This document shows, one piece after another, positions 1 to 12,234 of a stretch of 64,000 nt of DNA. The stretch comes from Eledone cirrhosa (Eukaryota), in the NCBI GenBank assembly GCA_964016885.1, contig OZ024741.1, positions 287,928,001 to 287,992,000 on the forward strand, given 5' to 3'. The position numbers and the translations under genes are program-made. Under the pieces are notes generated by a model. The model had not been told where the DNA came from, ran no database searches, and was given only the letters and a program-made list of their open reading frames with translations. Positions within the stretch are counted from its first letter, which is position 1. Each line of letters starts with the position of its first letter.

Positions 1-759
1 ACCCTCACCTTCCTTTCCAAATGAAATTTGAAAATCCCTCATCAATAATAATAATAATTGTTTCTTCTATTGGCACAAGGCCAGCAACTATCCCAGTGCA
101 TTACTGGTACTTTATTTTATCGACCCCGTAAGGATGAAAGGCAAAGTTAACCTCGGTGGGATTTGAACTCAGAATGGCAAGGGCCGTAACTCCATGCGTC
201 AAAGCATGACGTCCGACCCTCTACCAATACTGCCAATTCACCGCCCAATAATAATAATAATAATGGTTTCTGATTTAGGCACAAGACCAGCAATTGGAGG
301 GGAAGTCAATTAAATCGACCCAGTGTGTGACTGGTACTTTATTTTATTGACCCCGTAAGGATGAAAGGCAAAGCTAACCTAGGCAGGATGTGAACTCAAT
401 GTAAAAGCATGGTGTCCAAAGCTCTACCGATACGATACTGCCAATCCACTGCCATCATAAATATTAATAATAATGGTTTCTGATTTAGGCACAACACCAA
501 CAATTGGGAGTGGTGGGGAGTCAATTAAATTGACCCCAGGGAGTCTTTATATTAACTCTGTAAGGATGAAAGGCAACAAAGAGCTGTCTGTTGATCCCAT
601 ATTCATGCAGAGCCTTCCACATTAAGACTGTGGAATATGGTCATATGCCTTTCTGAGGTCCATGTAACAAACATCTTAGCAACACTCCCACGATTTCTCA
701 AAGATCTGCTGCAGAAATTAAAAGAAAGGCACTGCCTATGTTTTTTTCAAATGTTTCTG

Positions 760-1255
760 AAAGTTGATAGCTTTTGTTATCTAGGTGTTCTCATTTATTT
801 ACAGTGGAGGAAGGTGCTTCAAAAACATAACCAGAATAAGAACAAGATGGAAAAGTTCAGAGAGCTACTACTTCTGTCAACAACAGAAGGGTTCTCCCTC
901 TCCCTGAGTATATTGTATGATACCCATGTACATAGTAGTGTTACAGGGGAGTGAGATGTATGCATTAAATGCAAAGGATGCATGAAGGTTAGAAAGAAAT
1001 TAATTGAATATGCTCCGTTGAATGAATGTGAAATGTTAGTATGCATGAATGACAAAGCACATATGAATTAAGAGAAAAAACTGATTAAATGATGAGTCAG
1101 ATGTCATATGTAGGAGAGAAGGTTGCAATAGTATAAACATGTAATGTTTGTGGATGATGACCATTGAGTTAAGAAGTGTCAGGAGTTGCAAATGGAAGGC
1201 AGATGTGGTAGGGAAGGCCAAGAAAGAGTTAAGCAGAAGTGGTGAAAGCTGAACC
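760..1255 (+). mobile_element. Degraded RTE C-terminal fragment
   Basis: VDSFCYLG and KFRELLLL peptides. Confidence 0.8.
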
Positions 1256-2639
1256 TCTCTTATTCCTGTGAATCATGAAGGTAGAGTATTCTGACATGCT
1301 TTCCAGGGGGTCCTTACTGGAAGCAACCATCTCCAAATGATCTGGCAGAATCCCTAAGTGAGACCAACAAAGATTATAGGTGTTATCCAGCCAACCTTCT
1401 TATGGTCTACCTCTGGATCTCCCCATAAAATCTGTCTTGCAATTCTTTTCTTAGACATTATAACCACATGTCCATAGTATTGGACATATTAGAAATAACC
1501 CCTATATCTCTTTCAATTTATATCATGCTGTCTTTGAAGGTACAAGACATTGGATAACTGTATTTGATGCAATGTCTAAGAAAAAAGATGATATGGTTAT
1601 AGCTGGAATGTCTGATTATAGGTCTGCACAACTAGGACTGACCTGGTGCTAAACTACAACTTCACCCATTTATTTCTGTATAAAAGTCTAACTTCAATAA
1701 GAGGAGTTTGTAGTTTGCTTGAAGCATTGTGGAAAGTATATAAGTTAGTGTGGTTTATTAAAAGGCTACAGCAATGCAAATGACTCATTAAATGTTAAAA
1801 ATGTTATCTTGGAGGTGCTTAATAAGTCCTTAATATTTCGGGATACAAATCTCTTTGTCAAAAGAGTTAACTTACATATAGTGAGAGAAAAAGGCAATGC
1901 ATTACCTATGACCTTTGTTGATCTGAACTACTCACAGGTTGGTGAAACTCATACAGTTAAAGGCTAACCTGAACATCTGAAGGTTAATGACTATAGAAAG
2001 AAAAAATGTGAATAGGTAATTTGAGGTAGATTTGACTTATTTCTAGGTCAAGCCATTACATAGAGGTTGACTCAAGCTTGAACAATGTGTGTGAACTATA
2101 TATATACATTGATGTATTGGCACAAATAACCGTGTGTGTGTTAAAAGAAATGTAATCATAAGTGTGTGGTGGGAAGAGTTGAGAGAGGTTACTTAAGTAA
2201 GGAACAATAAACAATGAAATAATATCTGTTACACTACAATGGTTATCAAATGACTCATTAGTAACAGAGCGAATTGTATGGTGAAATGATAATTATATAA
2301 TTAAATTAGTGATGACTGTGGGATTAAGAAGTTCACTCGCAAGGCATTAGTCTTCCTGATGCTATAGAGGAAACTGTCCAAGGTCTCACAATAGTACCGA
2401 ACCCGAAACTATGTGGTTGTGAAGCAAATGGCTTAACCACAAAGCCATGCCTGTGTTTAAGTTGAAGACTGACTTGTTTATGATATGTACTTATTTATAT
2501 CTCCTAACTTAAGGAGTAATAGAATGATATATTAAGGATTTGGTTGATGAGAACAACTCAATGTTGAAGACAATGCTTTAGTATGCCCAGAGTCCAATGA
2601 CTGAAAGCAGTAGCAAAAAAAATGGGAAATTTATAGAAG

Positions 2640-3198
2640 ACTCCTCTCGATTTCAGTGGGAAATCATGTTTTCCTTCTTAACTTTTTTTTTTTTTTCGTG
2701 TATTAATTTGACCTCCACCATGCTTGCAATCGACTTTTTTCCGGGAAAATGGAAGGGGGTAGTCCAGATCACCTTAACCTCCGATCACTCTAACCCTAAC
2801 CTCCCACCCCGTTATCTTGGTAAAAAAAAATACCTTTGCGAGAGGTTCAGAAGTCCGATTAGTTGATAGAACACGGGGGAAAAAAAAAAGGAAAAATAAT
2901 TGTTTCTCAACCAACGCGAGAGGGGTGTAGAATGAGAAACTCCGATGGTCTTTCCGCTTCCATTCGCCCTCCTTTTTTTTCTTTTTTTTTTTTTCTATAA
3001 AGCTAGTCTTTTCCGACTAATTTGGATGTCGTATTCGTTGATAACGCGCAAAAAAGGAAAAAAAGAAAAGTGTTAGTAAAGAAAACTTCGGATTGGGGGA
3101 AGCACCGCCCATCCATCTGTTTTCCGAAGAAAAGCCCATTGCGAGCATGTTAGTTGAATAGAAGGAAAAAAAATATTTTCCACTGAAATCGAGAAGGG
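2640..3198. mobile_element. MITE with long imperfect TIRs
   Basis: ctcgatttcagtgggaaat pairs with attttccactgaaatcgag; subterminal catgcttgcaat pairs with attgcgagcatg. Confidence 0.7.
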
Positions 3199-3963
3199 TA
3201 TGCTATAATAATTGTTTCTATTTTTGGCACAAGGCCAGCAATAACCCAGTACATTACTGGTACTTTATTTTATCGACCCCGTAAGGATGAAAGGCAAAGT
3301 TAACCTCGGCGGGATCAAATAATAAGAAAAAATGTGGTGGCCCGCACACTCAATCACACGTCATAAAGTGCGCTGGAGCTTCCTTCTAATTATTTCTGAG
3401 ACAAACCAACACACTGGCAGCATTACCTTCAATGATAGTGAGACTAAGGCGCTTGAATAATCAAGCACCCTCGCAGGCATTACCTGATATCCCCGAAAGG
3501 CGAAACTATACAAACATACAAGCACCTTGTGGGCACACACTTCATATTCTTGGATCTTTCAGCTTCCCAGTGACAGGCAGAAATGACTTTAAGAAGAAGG
3601 AAAGAGCATGATGGATAAAAGAGCGAAAGAATATCAGAGAGAAATGATAAAATGGAGAAAAAAATCAAAGAAGGAGAGAGAATAATTGGTAGAGTGAAAG
3701 AAAAAATGCAAAATATAGACGATATAGAGTTGCGAAAAGACGAAAGGGTAAAAAGGACAGAGAGGAAGATAGAAAGAAAGAGCACCTACAAACACACACG
3801 CATCGAGCGTTAACCTAATATATCTCTTCCACATACTGAACCGAATGTGTTGTTATTTCTGTTTACATACATACATACATGCATGCATGCATACATACAT
3901 ACATATACATACACATATATACACATACATACACACACGTACATACATACATACATACATACA

Positions 3964-3995
<32 letters not shown>

Positions 3996-4014
3996 CATAC
4001 ATACATACATACAT

Positions 4015-4190
4015 GGTGGCTGCCAACTCGTTTTCGAGTATGGCCACTACTTTATATCCATGTAGGAGAACTCCTACCGATGCGCTGAACGAATGTGACC
4101 TTAGTCCAGCCAGCGACTTGAAAACTCTGGTACAAACACTACACTTGTGACAATTATTGACACATAGTGCTAGGCCCATGGTACCATGTG
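4015..4190 (-). mobile_element. RTE/BovB-like 3' end with C2H2-like finger and (TATG)n tail
   Basis: CSVCTRVFKSLAGLRSH followed by a microsatellite tail. Confidence 0.6.
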
Positions 4191-4619
4191 ACGACAAGTG
4201 CAGAGAGATCTCCAGATATAAAGCAATGCCTGTGCCGTGAAGCTTTTATAGTGAGCACAGGCACTGCACAAAGCCAGTCCCACTCTCTTAACCAAGATGA
4301 TATTTACCAAAAAGAAGAACAAGTCAACATCATTGGATACCATCAGGGTTGCAGGTGTTATATCAGAGTTTTCCTTCTCCTAGAATTCTGCCTTGACAAA
4401 GGCTAAGGGGTCATCTCTCCCGGTAATTCTGGATGGCCATTGACTCTTAAGAGTTCCTTTGCCCTTTGACAGGTTTTGTTTTTAGTCCTGCAGGATGTCC
4501 AAAGTCACCCTCCTCACCAAGAAACCTTAGTGGGGTTGCCAGTTTAGTCGCCAACGGCCCGACCATTGGACAGGTTGTACTGGGATACATGTTACCAGTA
4601 GCACCAAGTGGTGACCTGA

Positions 4620-4853
4620 CATACATACATACATACATACATACATACATACATACATACATACATACATACATACATACATACATACATACATACATAC
4701 ATACATACATACATACATACATACATACATACATACATACATACATACATACATACATACATACATACATACATACATACATACATACATACATACATAC
4801 ATACATACATACATACATACATACATACATACATACATACATACATACATACA

Positions 4854-4882
<29 letters not shown>
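4620..4882. repeat. (CATA)n microsatellite; another at 3865-4013
   Basis: Perfect tetranucleotide run; source of the spurious YIHT/MYVC ORFs. Confidence 0.98.
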
Positions 4883-4889
<7 letters not shown>

Positions 4890-5224
4890 CACACACACGT
4901 GTATATGTGTGCGTTTTGGATTAATACTATATTGTTTTATTGGACATCGACGTTTATTTCAAAAGATGAAATAAAGTGTGACCTTCACGATGAACCAATT
5001 AGTACCATAGGTGATATAGAGTAAAATCATTGACGATGAATCATTATTATACATTTATCTTTGGCGTAATAAAGTGTTAAATTTATTAGCGTGTGGGTAA
5101 CTAGCTTGAAGTGGCATATAACGATATATAAATATATCTATAGCGATAGGAAAATGTAAAATATCATATAAACCTTATGTTTACATATCTCGGGTAGACA
5201 GATATATAAACATATACAGGAAAC

Positions 5225-5263
<39 letters not shown>

Positions 5264-5269
<6 letters not shown>

Positions 5270-5647
5270 ATTAAATAAATGGAAACTATATTTATAAAAC
5301 CATATTTATTTCGTTATATATATTTCAGGGATATCATATTAACAATATGTTATGCCATCTTCAGACAAAATACAATATGCCAAATCAACCTCACAAATGC
5401 AAGGTGATTGAAAGGTATGTCGTATCTATTTATTTATAAGACTGTTTATATTGTATTTTGTCTGAAGATGGCATAACATATTGTTAATATGATATCCCTG
5501 AAATATATATAACGAAATAAATATGGTTTTATAAATATAGTTTCCATTTATTTAATATCATAAATATACTCCAAATACTTGTTGAGTGCTTTTATATCAG
5601 TTATAAATATTTACTCGTTGTTAACCCAACAATTTAAATATAACTTT

Positions 5648-5650
<3 letters not shown>
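5264..5650. mobile_element. Foldback hammerhead-bearing element A between (TA)n tracts
   Basis: Inverted arms 5264-5378 and 5448-5562 (about 115 bp, apparently identical), each containing a hammerhead; unpaired tail 5563-5650; (TA)n on both sides. Confidence 0.8.
5454..5519 (+). ncRNA. Type I hammerhead ribozyme (mirror copy on - strand at about 5307-5372)
   Basis: Stem I UAUUUUGU/ACGAAAUA; core CUGAAGA at 5462-5468; stem II includes CAUAUU/AAUAUG; GAAA at 5500; palindromic stem III AUAUAUAU; cleavage triplet AUA. Confidence 0.72.
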
Positions 5651-5686
<36 letters not shown>

Positions 5687-5801
5687 TACATACATACACA
5701 CACACACATATATACACACACGTACATATATACATACACACACACATATATACACACACACATACACACACGTACATATATACATACATACACACACATA
5801 T

Positions 5802-5834
<33 letters not shown>

Positions 5835-5927
5835 CACACACATACATATATATATATATTAAAAATCTCAATGGCATTGAAGGACAAAGTATTTTTCGTT
5901 CAACCACTATTCTGCCGATACGTGTAC

Positions 5928-5984
<57 letters not shown>

Positions 5985-7164
5985 AATATTTATATATATA
6001 TATATATATAATTAGAATATGTGTTTAAAATATCGTAGTATTTAAAACCTTCAAACATTAAATAAATTACCACTCAATACTGGGGTAGAGTGTAGAAATT
6101 TATTTTCAAAGTAGAATATGAAAATAAATGATAATTGACTATTAATGGTCATAAAATCTTGCAGAGGTCAGCTTTGTCTTCTCGTCCTTCCACGATCGAG
6201 TACCACTACCAGCTACAAATATATTTTTGGCCTTGTGTCTGTCTGTTACACAGAATAATTATTGTAAATTACGTTCCGATTAACGACATAACCTCTTCAA
6301 TGTGACTCCTGACAAGTGTACATAGAAAAATTATAGCTATGTATTTCAAAGAGCGGCACTACAGTAGAAAACTAAAAAGACTATGAGACGACGATGGAAC
6401 CAACCGCTGCATGGTCACCCGACAGGCTAATAATATGAGCCAGATCTAACTCCACACACACACCTTCCCTAAACACATCACACACTACTGTCTTAAAAAT
6501 GACACATAAGATAATGTAGTCCGAGATACACTTATTTGGCTAAAAGACGAGATAGTCATGGCAGGAACACCTTTTGAGCATTAAATATATGGATGGCTGT
6601 TTATCCCAAGGTAGGCGCTGGTGCTGATAAAGCAAAACCATGATCAGAGACATTCCATTCGTGATCATTTCGTCATATTTCTATATACAAGGAAGCCATG
6701 ATTACATTATTCAACGTATACATTTTTTTTAATACGGTAGTGTAATTTAAGAAAGATTTGGTTGCTATTTCTAAAAGTCGAGCCACCAGTAAAGGCTTTC
6801 TCGTTTGATTGGTTTCGGTGAATGAATGGCTCAGATACCAAATATCAACCCAACTACTTGGTTGTTGAAGATATATTTTATTGATTCCTGAGAGGTGAAT
6901 GAAGGGCAAACATAATTATTATAAAAATACGAATAGTAACATGGAAATGAAAGAATACACACTCACTAGGTGAGGAGAGGCAGGCGAAACTCCAGAGTAA
7001 CAAGACTCACTATTTAGCCTTAAAAACACACACACACACACACACACTCTCTCTCTCGAAAGAGTCGGGATCCGACGGTTGAATTCTTGCCGTTTCGACA
7101 GCTAATCCCACCCTTTACTATCCCAAATAACGAGTAATCTGTTGAATGATGACCTCACTAGTTT

Positions 7165-7243
7165 ATGGCTTCTACAGGGCTAGAACTGTTTCATTCCTGA
7201 TTATTTCTCCCGAATGAAACAGTTCTAGTCCTGTAGAAGCCAT
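7165..7243. repeat. Short foldback with 32-bp arms
   Basis: atggcttctacagggctagaactgtttcattc pairs with gaatgaaacagttctagtcctgtagaagccat (one mismatch). Confidence 0.8.
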
Positions 7244-7382
7244 TTCTATATTAAATATTTATACTCTACTATGTATTGAGTAGTTACCTCCCGATTGGAC
7301 CCGGGATAAACAATATATATATATAATTGTAATATATATATATATATATAATTGTAATATAATATATATATATAACTTGGAT

Positions 7383-7722
7383 GGAGGAACATGGCTTAGT
7401 GGTTAGAGCATTGGCCTTGCAATCGGAAGGTTGTGAGTTCAATTCTCAGACCGGGTGATGTGTTGTTTCCTTGAGCAAGACACTTTATTTCACATTGCTC
7501 CAGTTTACTCAGCTGTAGAAATGAGATGACAGGGACTGTGGTCCATATCATTCCACTGTAAAGTGGTCGTGTAGGTGCCACGGAAAAAAGCACCCAGCAC
7601 TTACTGTAAATGAGGTTGGTGTTAGGAAGGGCATCCAGCTGTAGAAATCGAGCCAGAATCAGTTCCCGTCCCACCCTTGCAAGCAGGGAAAAGTGGACGT
7701 AAAATGATGATGATGATGATGA
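7383..7722 (+). mobile_element. tRNA-derived SINE with an RTE-derived 3' tail
   Basis: A-box tggcttagtgg, B-box gagttcaattc, central ttccttgagcaagacacttt, and the tail aggaagggcatccagctgtagaaa...(GAT)n shared with the RTE 3' UTR. Confidence 0.85.
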
Positions 7723-7742
7723 ACTTCAAAATATTAATAAAT

Positions 7743-8036
7743 ATAGACATTCATGTGATCAAATATATTTTATTATACATATTTCAGAGGTACTGAGCTA
7801 TTTCATCAGTACGTCCTCATCAGATAAAATAGATTGATGCCTGACATACCTCAACTGTGCTGATGGTTCAATTCCAATCTTAGCAGCATTCCTGCCAAGA
7901 TTGGAATTGAACCATCAGCACAGTTGAGGTATGTCAGACATCAATCTATTTTATCTGATGAGGACGTACTGATGAAATAGCTCAGTACCTCTGAAATATG
8001 TATAATAAAATATACTTGATCACAAGAAGTTCTATT
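7743..8036. mobile_element. Foldback hammerhead-bearing element B (near-perfect hairpin of about 290 nt)
   Basis: Arms about 7743-7886 and 7892-8036 with a 5-nt loop (cattc); followed by (TA)n. Confidence 0.82.
7947..8012 (+). ncRNA. Type I hammerhead ribozyme (mirror copy on - strand at 7766-7831)
   Basis: Stem I UAUUUUAU/AUAAAAUA (8 bp); CUGAUGA at 7955-7961; stem II GUACUGA/UCAGUAC; GAAA at 7993; self-complementary stem III AUAUGUAU; AUA triplet. Confidence 0.78.
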
Positions 8037-8984
8037 TTTGTATTAATATATATATATATATATATATAATTGTAATATAATATATATACAATTATAATAT
8101 AATATATATATGTATGTGTATATATATATATAAATAATTGTAATATAATATATATATGTATGTGTATATAAATAATTGTAATATAATATATATATGTATG
8201 TGTATATATATATATATAAATAATTGTAATATAATATATATATGTATGTATATATATATATTTATAAATAATTGTAATATAATATATATATGTATGTATA
8301 TATATATATATATTTATAAATAATATAATGTATATATATATATATATTTCATTTATATATATATATATATATATATATTTCATTTATATATATACACACA
8401 CACACACACGCGCATCAAAACTATTTGTTAAGTACAAATAAATAAATTAAACTGTCATCCCTGATTGAACACACCCTATCCCCAACACTGCTGTTCCAGC
8501 TTTGACCATGTTGGGGTTTTTTTTTTTTTTAGTTTTTACATCCAACTTTCATCTCGGACTATATTATTCAATGTAACCGTCCTTTTGAGAATACAATAGG
8601 GTATATGATTTACGAGAGATTTGACTTATTTTCAGCATATCAAGTCACCATATAAAGGCTCTCTCGTTGACTACTGTCATATGTAACCCATTCATACTTT
8701 CTGAATAAACAAGCGAATTATGTGAACAAAACGGTAAATTCTTATATTAATATTTACACTCTACTTTTCTAAAGTATAGAATACGAAATTGAATAATGCT
8801 CTTCCAAGTGTTAAGTAATAACATCTAATCCGTATATATATATGTTTAGTCCAGAATTAGCCGTCGAAACGGCTTGAGCTCAGCCGTCGGAGTCCTACTC
8901 GTTCCTATTACCCACTCTACTACCCTAAGTATTGAGTACTTTGGTGCGTTATGGTCCATCTGGTTCCTTACCACATCTCCTTCG

Positions 8985-9034
<50 letters not shown>

Positions 9035-11707
9035 CGAAAGGTTTTACCCGTTGATGGATACGTTTCATTATCGTACAAGGTCAACCAAATGACATTAACC
9101 ATTAGTAATGTATTAAATAAATAATGTATCACATAAATATACACATATTTCTATAATAAACACATTCTTTAAACAGAATGGTTGCACAACATTCAATGTG
9201 GTACTTTGCATATTATCATGTTGAAGATAATGGCATTTGTACGAGGTAGGTGTTCGTTCATTAGTAGCTACTACGATCTTCAGTGAATACGAAGGACTTT
9301 CATTAACTCTATACAGGTACAACTGTAAACAAGGTAGGCAACTATACATGCATAAATATAACTGCTGCTCCACATACTTTCCATATACAAATATCAAGTC
9401 AGAGAGAGGAGGAGGGGGTCCCACAAAGGTCACTAATAACAATCAAGCCGAGGTTAACTTTACCTTTCATCCTTACGGGGTCGATAAAATAAAGTACCAG
9501 TAATACTGGTAATTACTGGTCTTGTGCCAAAAAGTAGAAACAATTATTAAGATTTTATTAACTTGTAAAATAAATACATGAATTTACCATACTTTTTCCC
9601 ATATATATATAAAATAAAGTGTAGATGTTATAAAGATTCTCTGCTCTAAGGTTAAGCTTTTGCCGTTTCGATAGCATCGAAAGAGAGTGGGGATTAGTGA
9701 GTGCATACATACTTTCATGAGTTCATAGGTAGTGCATATGAACGTAGATGCTATCTATATTACATAACAATATATATTACAAAATTAGCTTCAACATAAA
9801 TATTAGCTTTCGAAACGATGAAAATTATAAAGATAATTAAAAAATAAAGATATCTACCTTGAGGAGACCAGACCGAAGTAAATTAGCCATTATATATGTA
9901 TATACGGTATACAAAGGTTGGTGGTAGTATGTAATATGGGCCAGACACTGCTGACTGCCAATACAAATTGAAGGATTGGAGCTTTTTGATTATGAAGTTA
10001 AAAATAGGATTTTCTGAAAGAAGAGCGTTTATAATTCAGGGGAGAGAACTCATTGTTCTTTTTCGGATTAGGATTTATTTTCATTTATTTATTTAACAAT
10101 TCAAGCGTAATCGGACGAAATGCTTAGTGATAATTTTCTGACTCTTCGATTCAACATGTTCGGCAAAATATATTACCTGTCAAGTACTTGTGTCGATGTA
10201 ATAGACTAACTCTACCCACTAACTGCTGGCCTTTGCCTATGTTGGACATAATTAATAATTCCATATTACCAATTTCATGGAACAGAAGACCGCTGATCCG
10301 TTGCCGGGTTAAGGTGGGGCTGGATGGCACTGCCACCACCCAACCCTACTTTACAATGGTGCACCCTCAGATTTAGAAAAAAAATTGCAGTAATGTTTAT
10401 GCCGAAGCTTCGCCTTAGAATTATTGCGAATTAAAATACCCACTTAAATGTTTTTTAAGCCCCCCACTCCCCTCACCGAAGTCTGGCGATGGGCCTAAAG
10501 CAGAGGTAGAGTGACAGGCGAAATACCGTGAATAGTTTTGTTCCTTTACGTTCTGAGTTCAAATCATGTCGAGATAGATTTTCACTTTCATCCTAACATC
10601 TTATCTGCCGTGGGGGACAGAGTTCTGAAGCACACCTTCTGGCGAGTTGCGTCAGAAGCAACTGTCTCCAATTGATCCCGTTGAATCCCCAAGCGAGACC
10701 AACCAAGCGCATGGTTGTTATAGAACCATTTTGGTCGGGGTCTCATGCCGGTTGATTTTGCTCGTATAATCTGCCTAGTGATTTTTTCTTATACATTCTG
10801 ACAACATCTAACTAATGTCTCTCAAGACAGGTCGCAGGTCCATCACCAGTCATGTGATTTCGGCATTAGATGGAGACTGGAATATATTTTTCGAACGGGC
10901 CCTTCTACCTAAAGCTTGTTGTTTTTCGAACGGGCCCCTCTACCTAAAGTCAGGACGCATCCCTTGTTACATCGCATGAAGAACGATGCAGTGTGATTGC
11001 TTTTATTCAATCTGTCCATACTACAGGCTTTGCGCCAGTCAGCTATTTTAGAGGCACCCTTTACCTGCCTCGCCGTAACAACATCGCTGGGTTTCCCAAG
11101 AGACAACAGTGTCACCCCCATTACTCCATCTCCCCTCGTAGCGTATTGTTATTTGGTTCAGGGATATTTATTCTTCCGGTAGGAGCCCACATATTGCAAC
11201 TAGCCACCATATCTGGTGATCGTATCGCTATCCACTACCTGCATCTAGTTCTCATACAAAACAGTTCTACCCGATTCTTGTGTTTTTTCTCTGAAGGGAG
11301 CGGACAACCAGAGCAAAAACAAAAACACAATTTTTTTTAGTCCGCTCCCTTCCACATAAAATTGCCTCAGAAATGTTACCTTTTAATCAATTTTTGCTGC
11401 CTGAAGAGATCCTGATCTGTATCGTCATTGAAATAGATCGAGGGACCTTCTTTCACGTCTATGTCGACAAGACAATCCAACGAGGATACTATCACTTTAC
11501 CACACTGTGACCACTGGCCACAGCTACACTGGACACTGTCAACTCACGACTTCATACTGCTACACTGCTAAAGACTCTAACATTTTCAACTTCGCATTTT
11601 CATCTTTATATATATTTCAACATGAATAGACCTGTTATTTTTATCTAAAGATATTTTTTCCAATTCCAACCCGCCCATCCCCTCAATCTATCTTATTTCT
11701 CATTCTT

Positions 11708-11743
11708 TCTTCTGATGAAGGAATAGCGTCCGAAACGTTAAGC
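11708..11743 (+). ncRNA. Minimal Penelope-type hammerhead motif in a pLTR-like tail (11580-11830)
   Basis: CUU-CUGAUGA-A-GGA auagcg UCC-GAAAC-GUU-AAG, the typical ctgatgaagg...ccgaaacgtt PLE form. The downstream tail ends at (TA)n and recurs at about 3800-3866. Confidence 0.65.
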
Positions 11744-12234
11744 CCCTCTTCCTGCTATATCAAGCGTTAACCTAATATATCCCTTCCATATACTGTACCG
11801 ATTGTGTTGTTATTTCTGTTTACCTTTTACATATATATATATATATATACACACACACCTGGGTATATGCACACGTTAAGTGTTTGTATTTGTAACAAAA
11901 ACTTTTAATGTAAATTTGCAAAAAAAAAGGTCAATTGTTTTTCTTCAAGGACAAGTATTGATATTTAACTTGGTTTAAAACTTAGAATTCCAGTGGTAGC
12001 CGAGTATATAAAGTTATAATGTTTATGACTTGCCTGGGGTTGTTAGAAAAGGTAGACTAAATAAATTATTTATTAATTTCTAACTAGGAATCGAAACTTA
12101 GTCTAAGGTTCGATAGCCCGACACTTAACCACGCTAACACGCGACGTTTTCCAAGGGTAAATAATGACAAGATAAAAAAATAATTTAGCAAGGGAGATCA
12201 CTCTATTTCATCACTGCTACCCTCTTTAACAAAG

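Noticed and set aside
3483-3512. ctgatatccccgaaaggcgaaac resembles a hammerhead
   Set aside because: The core is broken, there is no NUH or stem I, and the related repeat copy at about 47825-47980 (-) does not conserve it.
3810-5990. ORFs of YIHT/MYVC/YI repeats
   Set aside because: These are translations of microsatellites.
9030-9300. Scattered CUGAAGA and GAAACGUA half-motifs with a weak inverted repeat
   Set aside because: The pieces do not assemble into one fold; possibly a very decayed family member but not supportable.
11395-11450. ctgaaga...gaaatagatc as a possible hammerhead
   Set aside because: No convincing stem I pairing.
12085-12145. tRNA-like sequence on the - strand upstream of MRPS5
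   Set aside because: A/B-box-like only, with no full cloverleaf; most likely a decayed SINE head.
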